A stretch of 64,000 nucleotides of DNA from Nitrosopumilus sp. Lineage in GTDB: Archaea; Thermoproteota; Nitrososphaeria; Nitrososphaerales; Nitrosopumilaceae. Of this stretch, positions 57,786 to 64,000 are shown one piece after another (within the stretch, counting starts at the first letter, position 1; every line of letters starts with the position of its first letter). The stretch covers positions 544,001 to 608,000 of the forward strand of contig OZ250186.1 in assembly GCA_965238275.1 (NCBI GenBank), given 5' to 3'. Below the pieces are notes generated by a model, which did no database searches, had not been told where the DNA came from, and was given only the letters and a program-made list of their open reading frames with translations. The position numbers were made by a program, and so were the translations under genes.

Positions 57786-59110
57786 AGGAGATCATCTCGG
57801 AGGTTGCCAAAAGATCCGTTCCCTCAGAGGAGGATAGCCAGGAGATGGATAGTATTGCAGACAGGGTGCTTGCCAAGGTGCAAAAGGCGATCGAGGGGTT
57901 TCCAGATATTGTCGGACTGGAGTTTGGCGGGTCGTTTGCAAAGGGGACGTGGCTGCCATCGGATGCGGATGTGGATATATTCATCAGATTCAAGGAGTCC
58001 GTTACGGACAGCGAGTTTGAACGAATCTCAAAGGCGGTGGGCTTTGAGGCCCTGAAGGATTATTTCCCGTATGTCAGATACTCTGAGCATCCGTATGTGG
58101 AGGCCAGGGTTGGTGAGACAAAGATCAATGTGGTACCATGCTATGACGTAGAGGCAGGCAGGTGGAGGAGTGCTGCAGACAGATCCACGTTCCATACCAA
58201 GTTCATGAAGGATGCGCTGAGTGCGGAGATGAGAAACGAGGTCAGGATTCTAAAGATGTTTCTAAAGGCAAACAGGATTTATGGTGCGGAGATAGCCAGG
58301 CAGGGCCTGAGCGGGTACCTGACGGAGGTCTTGGTGCTGGAGTTTGGCAGCTTTGAGGGCGTGGTAAGAGCCGTTTCGGAGATTGAGGAGGGGCAGGTTA
58401 TTGGAAAGGCGTCAAGGAGTTTTGACAGTCCGGTAGTGATAGTGGATCCGATTGACGGGGACAGGAATCTGGCTGCGGCAATCTCCGGTGAGAATCTTGG
58501 AAGGCTGGTGATGGCGTGCAGGGCCTTCATGGAGAGACCCTCGCGGGGATTCTTTGAAAGCAGGATGCCGGCGGCATCAGAGGAGTACTGGAAGAACATA
58601 CTGGTGGTAGGATTTGAGGCCGAGGCAAGGGGTTCGGACATACTGTGGGGACAGATAAAGAGGGCCGCATCCTCGCTGTCAACGCAGCTGGGACAGGGTG
58701 GGTTCAGGGTGCTGAGAAGCAAGGCCCATACCGATGGGCAGGGAGAGGCGCATCTCTTCTTTTTGCTAGAGTCGCCAAGTATTCCGCAGGTGTATGCAAA
58801 GGAGGGGCCGGAGTTTTTCAGAAGGGATGGTTCGGACAGATTCATCCAAAAACACCTCAAGGGTTCGGAGTTTGTGTGGATTGGGGACGGAAGGATCAAT
58901 GCGCTCAAGACAAGAAGTCATACGGAGGCAGAGGCATTCATGAGGGATCTGCTGGAGAACAGTCTCAAGACCTGTGTGCCGCAGGGTCTTCAGAGGGATT
59001 TCAGTCGCGGCTTCCGGATCAGTATGGGTGATAAGGACATGGACAAATCAATTAAAGAGGCCGCAGGGGAGTTGATCGCGACTGATGATGCACTCCTTTA
59101 TTTCAATTGA
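57782..59110 (+). CDS. cca: Class I CCA-adding enzyme
   Basis: GGSFAKGTWL..DADVD, YSEHPY, SAADRS.FH. Confidence 0.95.
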   Translation: MKEIISEVAKRSVPSEEDSQEMDSIADRVLAKVQKAIEGFPDIVGLEFGGSFAKGTWLPSDADVDIFIRFKESVTDSEFERISKAVGFEALKDYFPYVRYSEHPYVEARVGETKINVVPCYDVEAGRWRSAADRSTFHTKFMKDALSAEMRNEVRILKMFLKANRIYGAEIARQGLSGYLTEVLVLEFGSFEGVVRAVSEIEEGQVIGKASRSFDSPVVIVDPIDGDRNLAAAISGENLGRLVMACRAFMERPSRGFFESRMPAASEEYWKNILVVGFEAEARGSDILWGQIKRAASSLSTQLGQGGFRVLRSKAHTDGQGEAHLFFLLESPSIPQVYAKEGPEFFRRDGSDRFIQKHLKGSEFVWIGDGRINALKTRSHTEAEAFMRDLLENSLKTCVPQGLQRDFSRGFRISMGDKDMDKSIKEAAGELIATDDALLYFN

Positions 59111-59846
59111 AAAATTTGCAGACAAGCCCTACTCGGGTATTCTGGGGTATCCGAGGGCCACCAGACGCCAGCTGAATGCAAGGATCAGGGAGCTTGAAGG
59201 GCTTCAGGTAGGTACAATCGCACTGTCAGGTCCCACCATGCTTGGAAAGCTTGCGGTTCTGGGGAAGGGATATGCAGGGGTGGTGGTACTTGCAAGAAGG
59301 GACGGGCTGCAGGTGGCCCTAAAGATCAGAAGGACTGATTCCCAGAGAAGCAGCATGAAGGACGAGGCCGTACTGCTGGGACTGGCAAACTCCATAGGCG
59401 TCGGGCCGGAGAGGCTGGCTGCAAGCAGAAACTTTTTGATCATGGAGTTTGTCGAGGGGGTTATGATAGGCCAGTGGGTGGGCTCGCTGAAGGGTGCAGG
59501 TAGCGTGAAGAGGCTCAAGGGGACAATCAGGAAGATTCTGGAGGAATGCTACAGGTTGGATAGGATAGGAGTTGACCACGGCGAGCTGAGCAACATTACC
59601 AAGCATGTCATAGTAGGAGAGGCAGGACCGGTTCTGATTGATTTTGAGAGTTCAAGCACCGGCAGGAGGCCGTCAAATGTCACATCCATAACCCAGGCAA
59701 TCTACATCGGCTCTGGAATTGCAAAGAAGGTGCAGAGGATCTATAGAAGCCCGTCCAAGGAGGAGATTATCACAGCGCTAAGGAAGTACAAGCGTGAAGG
59801 AACGCAGGAGAGTTTTGACGGACTCCTCAGAGTGTTGAAACTGTAG
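59085..59846 (+). CDS. RIO-like Ser/Thr protein kinase
   Basis: LGKGYAGVV, ALKIRR, HGEL, IDFES. Confidence 0.85.
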   Translation: MMHSFISIEKFADKPYSGILGYPRATRRQLNARIRELEGLQVGTIALSGPTMLGKLAVLGKGYAGVVVLARRDGLQVALKIRRTDSQRSSMKDEAVLLGLANSIGVGPERLAASRNFLIMEFVEGVMIGQWVGSLKGAGSVKRLKGTIRKILEECYRLDRIGVDHGELSNITKHVIVGEAGPVLIDFESSSTGRRPSNVTSITQAIYIGSGIAKKVQRIYRSPSKEEIITALRKYKREGTQESFDGLLRVLKL

Positions 59847-60000
59847 TGCCGGGTCTGGCGCAGACAGGATCTTTGCCGGCGTGATTCTTGAAAGTACGGG
59901 ATCGCCTGATTCCTGCGTTGTCGCCATTGGGTAGATGTTCAATCCACACATGGAAACAAGATCCAAACAAGCTGCCAGGGTGGGAAGATGTCAGGTTGCA

Positions 60001-60077
60001 TGGTGGGATCGGCAGGATTTGAACCTGCGACCACTAGTCCCCCAGACTAGTATCATACCAAGCTAGACGACGATCCC
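60001..60077 (-). tRNA. tRNA-Pro(GGG) with encoded CCA
   Basis: GGGATCG acceptor stem, CTAGT-CTGGGGG-ACTAG anticodon arm, ends ACCA. Confidence 0.95.
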
Positions 60078-60130
60078 TGTATGGGGGCAGTAGGTGAAAT
60101 TATTAAATCGTCGTATTGTATACAGAACAC

Positions 60131-60337
60131 ATGAAGATCTGCAGTATCTGCAACAAGGTGTCTGCCACCGATGAGGACCACACAGACTGCATCCAGATGA
60201 GGAGGGTCGAGCTGGAAGATGATGACTTCAAGGACAGTATTCCAGAAAGGATGGACGTGACCGGTAACCCGCAGGATCTGGGCGTCGAGATCAGGGCTGT
60301 TCTGGAGCACCTTGCAAGAGAAAAGACAGAAGACTAG
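60131..60337 (+). CDS. Small hypothetical protein (CxxC...HxxC)
   Basis: TTAAAT box upstream; stop overlaps the convergent SDR gene. Confidence 0.6.
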   Translation: MKICSICNKVSATDEDHTDCIQMRRVELEDDDFKDSIPERMDVTGNPQDLGVEIRAVLEHLAREKTED

Positions 60338-61074
60338 CGTTCCTGTGTTGTGGGCCTTATCAGAATCTCGTTTACATTGACGTAAGGGGGAGCACTTACC
60401 GCATACAGAATCGCCTCTGCTATGTCCTTGGCGCGCAGCGACTGCATCTTCTTTGCCTTCTCTACAAATCCGTGCAGGGACTCGTCAGTAATGGTGTCGT
60501 TGAGCTCCGTATCCACAACGCCTGGCTCGATGCTGGTAACCCGGATGCCCAGGCGCGTGCTGAACTCCTGCCTCAGTCCCTCGCTTAAGGCGGTAACTGC
60601 GTGCTTTGTGGCACAGTAGACGCTTCCGGATGGAAAGACTATCCTGCCTGCCACCGAGGAGAGGTTTACAATGTGTCCGGACTTTTTCTCCTTCATGTGG
60701 GAGATTACTGCAGCAGTGCAGTACAGCACGCCCTTGATGTTTACATCAATCATCTGATCCCATTCATCCACCTTGAGGCTCTTGAAGAAGCTCAGTGGCA
60801 TCAGCCCTGCATTGTTTACAAGTATGTCAATGGAGCCCCATCTCTCCAGAACCGCCCTGGCAAAGTCCTCACACTCGGATCTTTTTGTCACATCCAGTTT
60901 TTGATAGAATGCTTGGCCGCCGCCAGCAGAGATCTTTTCTGCAAGGTCTGCCAGCCTGTCAACCCTTCTGGCACCTATGGCAACCTTGGCACCTGCCTCA
61001 GACAGTGCAAGGGCAGTCGCGAGTCCTATGCCACTGCTTGCACCTGTCACTATTGCGACCTTGTCTTTAATCAT
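60334..61074 (-). CDS. SDR-family oxidoreductase
   Basis: TGASSGIG, NNAG, YCATK. Confidence 0.93.
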   Translation of the reverse strand: MIKDKVAIVTGASSGIGLATALALSEAGAKVAIGARRVDRLADLAEKISAGGGQAFYQKLDVTKRSECEDFARAVLERWGSIDILVNNAGLMPLSFFKSLKVDEWDQMIDVNIKGVLYCTAAVISHMKEKKSGHIVNLSSVAGRIVFPSGSVYCATKHAVTALSEGLRQEFSTRLGIRVTSIEPGVVDTELNDTITDESLHGFVEKAKKMQSLRAKDIAEAILYAVSAPPYVNVNEILIRPTTQER

Positions 61075-61168
61075 CTAGATTCACAGTTTCCAGACATCGT
61101 AAAAATGTTTATACGCCAGATCCGCAGGCCACTGGTAACTTTATTAGAAGAAAAGAACAACATGTCAC

Positions 61169-61390
61169 GTGAAGGCTGAAAAATGTGCCTATTGCGGCGA
61201 TATGACGGACATGCCGTTCCATTGTAACTACTGTAAGGATCCGTTTTGTGCAGAACATCGACTCCCAGAAGAGCACAGGTGTGTCAAGCTCAGCCAGATC
61301 AGGGCAAACCGGTTTGGAGAGAAGAAGGTCATTCGGGACGGCGGACCAAACAAACCAAGTATCTTCAAGCGTATGTTTGGACGATCCTAG
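61169..61390 (+). CDS. AN1-type zinc finger protein
   Basis: CAYC...PFHCNYC...FCAEHRLPEEHRC. Confidence 0.88.
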   Translation: MKAEKCAYCGDMTDMPFHCNYCKDPFCAEHRLPEEHRCVKLSQIRANRFGEKKVIRDGGPNKPSIFKRMFGRS

Positions 61391-61392
61391 AC

Positions 61393-61677
61393 TCAGTACG
61401 GAGTCTTGTCAGGAGATATCTTTGCCCTCTTGCCCTGGTATAGCAGTGCCACGGCAAGTGCAAACAGTACAAGGGCCGTAAGCGGAAAATTCTGTGGCTC
61501 CGGCAGGATGAACCAGTAGTATACGCCGAACCCTATTGAGACTGCCGCCTGGGTCCACAGCTTTGCCCACTTGGGTGCCCTTACCAGCCTGCTGGCACCC
61601 TCGACTATGAATATCCCAATCACCGGGTAGATGGTATAGAACAAAAAGTCAACAACGTCAACTCCTGTATGGGACAT
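61393..61677 (-). CDS. Hypothetical membrane protein
   Basis: Three TM helices. Confidence 0.7.
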   Translation of the reverse strand: MSHTGVDVVDFLFYTIYPVIGIFIVEGASRLVRAPKWAKLWTQAAVSIGFGVYYWFILPEPQNFPLTALVLFALAVALLYQGKRAKISPDKTPY

Positions 61678-61707
61678 ACCATGTCAAGAGCAGGGCATAA
61701 TTTCTAT

Positions 61708-62265
61708 CTAATCTTCCCAGCGGACCTTGGCTGCAACATTCTTTACAATCAAGGCCTGGGCGTTCTCGTATGGGATCGTTGCAATGTCTTCTGCCTCAAA
61801 CGGACCGTACATCTCAAGGTCCGCCCCGACGATCTTGTCGACCTTTTGCAGGAACCGGACTACAACCGTCCTTGTCTTGTGGTTCGTGGTAATGGATTCA
61901 AGAAGCTTGGATCTTCCGTTGATGGTAGTCGAGAGGATCATCTCCATCCTCTCCTTTTGCTCCTCCCCGGAGTCCAGAATGAACTTTTCCTCGTCCAGAA
62001 GACGGTTTGTCACGACGTCTGCGGATCTTGATATCTTGTCAAGCCTGGTTCGTATCAGCAGGGTGATCAGCTCCGTTGCAGTCTGTATCATGGTGTCCTT
62101 AATCTGACCCTCCACACCGTCGTACTCCTGCCTATTCAGATCCCCCATAAAGTCAGACAGGCTCCGATAAAAGTCTGGGGCAGCCTCCAGCAGGGAGTCG
62201 TCTTCTGTCTCTCGCTGAACCATGTGGTGGAGGGAGTTGATATCTAACTTATTTGGTTCTGACAT
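61708..62265 (-). CDS. GINS complex protein (Gins51-type)
   Basis: DFY, RLDKI, LLDEEK, VGADLEMYGPF..EDIATIP..NA..L B-domain. Confidence 0.85.
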   Translation of the reverse strand: MSEPNKLDINSLHHMVQRETEDDSLLEAAPDFYRSLSDFMGDLNRQEYDGVEGQIKDTMIQTATELITLLIRTRLDKISRSADVVTNRLLDEEKFILDSGEEQKERMEMILSTTINGRSKLLESITTNHKTRTVVVRFLQKVDKIVGADLEMYGPFEAEDIATIPYENAQALIVKNVAAKVRWED

Positions 62266-62306
62266 TTCCTACCTAATCCTTAAATGACAGTCTTATTTGT
62301 GTTTGA

Positions 62307-63776
62307 TTGAAGCAGTTGCCCTATAAAGTAAGTCACGGAAAAGCAGTCCGGGTTGCGTACTCGTCTGATGAGATTTTTGCCAAAATCGCACACGAAGAAA
62401 TAAAATTCATTGATCTCCAGTTTACCGGGCTGACCGGCCACTTTCACCACACCACAATCTCAGCCGATACATTTACCCCGGATCAGATGAAGGACGGACT
62501 CCCAAAGCTGGACGGATCCTCCATTGTGGGATTTACAAGCATAGACGATTCTGACCTTCTTCTAAAACCGGATCCCAACACGTTTGCAATAATTCCATGG
62601 ATGACGGAGCACAAGACGGCAAGGATGCTCTGCGATGTCTACTGGGGAGTGAACAGGGGAAGACTGTCAAGGGATCCCAGGGGGATTGCCCAAAGGGCCG
62701 AGGAATACATCAAGTCGCATGGGTTCGAGTACAGTACGTGGGGGCCGGAGGTGGAGTTCTTTGTGTTTGACAAGGTGCGCTGGGATGTCCTGACGCCGTA
62801 CAAGGGACAGTCCTATTCCATTGAATCAAAGGAGGCGCCATGGAACCAGGAGGGGGATGGTTACCCCATGGGGCTCCAGGAGGGGTATTATCCAAGTACG
62901 CCGTCTGACACCCTTACGCCATACAGGAACGAGTGTGTGGATATTCTCCAGAAAAACTTTGGGATTCTGTGCGATAACCATCACCACGAAGTGGCCACGG
63001 CCGGGCAGTGTGAGATTGACATCAGGTACGATCTTCTGACAAACTCGGCAGATGCTGCACAGTCATACAAGTATGTCATTAGAAACGTGGCCACAAAACA
63101 TCACAAGGTTGCAACCATGATGCCAAAGCCGCTTGCAATGGACTCCGGTTCTGGTATGCATGTAAACGTCAGCCTCTGGAACGGAAAGAAGAATATGTTT
63201 TTTGATCCTGATGATGAGATCGAACTCAGTCAGACTGGAAGATACTTTTGCGGAGGGATAATCAGCCATGCCAAGGCTCTCTCGGCAATATGCAACCCTA
63301 CGACCAACTCGTATCACAGACTGGTTCCAGGGTATGAGGCCCCTGCATATATTGCATGGAGTTCTGGAAACCGTTCTGCGATTGTGAGGGTTCCAAAACA
63401 CCTTACAGGAACAAAATATGCATACCTGAAGAGGTTGGAGTTTCGGGCACCGGATCCCTCATCCAATCCGTACTTGGTGTTTGCCGCAGTCACGGCGGCC
63501 GGAATGGACGGGTTGAAGAGGAAGATCGATCCGGGGGACATGATTCACGAGGACATCTTCAACATGACAAAGTCGGACAGAAACAGGAAGGGAATTGGAA
63601 TGCTTCCAAAGAATCTGGGAGAGGCACTTGACGAGCTGGAAAGCGACAAAAAGTTCCTCAATACGATATTTACCAACGATGTAATTGACAAGATAGTGGA
63701 ACTGGAGAGAAGGGATCAGCGGGAGATATCCATCAGGCCGCACCCTCACGAGTTCTACATGTATTTTGATGTCTAG
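62307..63776 (+). CDS. glnA: Glutamine synthetase type I
   Basis: DGSSI, GPEVEFF, HHEVA, MPKP...GSGMH, RLVPGYEAP, NRSA, RLEFR. Confidence 0.97.
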   Translation: MKQLPYKVSHGKAVRVAYSSDEIFAKIAHEEIKFIDLQFTGLTGHFHHTTISADTFTPDQMKDGLPKLDGSSIVGFTSIDDSDLLLKPDPNTFAIIPWMTEHKTARMLCDVYWGVNRGRLSRDPRGIAQRAEEYIKSHGFEYSTWGPEVEFFVFDKVRWDVLTPYKGQSYSIESKEAPWNQEGDGYPMGLQEGYYPSTPSDTLTPYRNECVDILQKNFGILCDNHHHEVATAGQCEIDIRYDLLTNSADAAQSYKYVIRNVATKHHKVATMMPKPLAMDSGSGMHVNVSLWNGKKNMFFDPDDEIELSQTGRYFCGGIISHAKALSAICNPTTNSYHRLVPGYEAPAYIAWSSGNRSAIVRVPKHLTGTKYAYLKRLEFRAPDPSSNPYLVFAAVTAAGMDGLKRKIDPGDMIHEDIFNMTKSDRNRKGIGMLPKNLGEALDELESDKKFLNTIFTNDVIDKIVELERRDQREISIRPHPHEFYMYFDV

Positions 63777-64000
63777 ACCTGGCCTGCAACATTCATGATG
63801 AGGAACAGCGAGGTTCCCATCAGGACAAACCCGCATCCAAGAAGTATGGGTTTCTTATTCCAGGATAACGTGGCCCTGTAAAGCAGAAATCCGCCTCCAA
63901 GCCCTATAAACAGCACAAAGACCCCGTAGATGACGATGTTAAAACTTGTGTCGGTAATCAACGGATAAAAGAATCCGGCAAGCAACGTAAAGAATATGAT
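63773..64000 (-). CDS. Membrane protein, 5' end beyond the window
   Basis: Open hydrophobic frame running to the window edge. Confidence 0.6.
   Translation of the reverse strand: MIFFTLLAGFFYPLITDTSFNIVIYGVFVLFIGLGGGFLLYRATLSWNKKPILLGCGFVLMGTSLFLIMNVAGQV

Overview
Chromosomal segment of an ammonia-oxidising archaeon (Nitrosopumilaceae). The assignment rests on the gene set (aCPSF1, PsmB, EgsA, PCNA, Rpo11, TFS, GINS, archaeal CCA enzyme, PEFG- and CFI-box-CTERM proteins). The fairly GC-rich, IS-laden sequence and a duplicated LivK-type binding protein suggest a host-associated lineage such as a sponge symbiont (inference). The window is mostly housekeeping genes plus three tRNAs: Val-GAC with an atypical C33, Arg-CCT with an intron at 15/16, and Pro-GGG. 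Accessory content: (1) an IS graveyard at 13.4-15.2 kb with a perfect 7x42-bp hairpin-containing array; (2) an IS630 whose 5' end is triplicated; (3) a complete tnpB-only IS200/IS605 element whose predicted guide is the tyrS promoter; (4) an IS66-type MITE with an 8-bp target duplication upstream of PCNA; (5) a DegT gene interleaved with IS66 fragments; (6) a low-GC DUF4143 ATPase behind a triplicated promoter; (7) an unannotated Cys-rich microprotein; (8) many short exact tandem duplications. Some of the mosaics may be assembly consensus artefacts. No CRISPR array or rRNA gene was seen. All product calls come from motif recognition by eye; no database searches were run.
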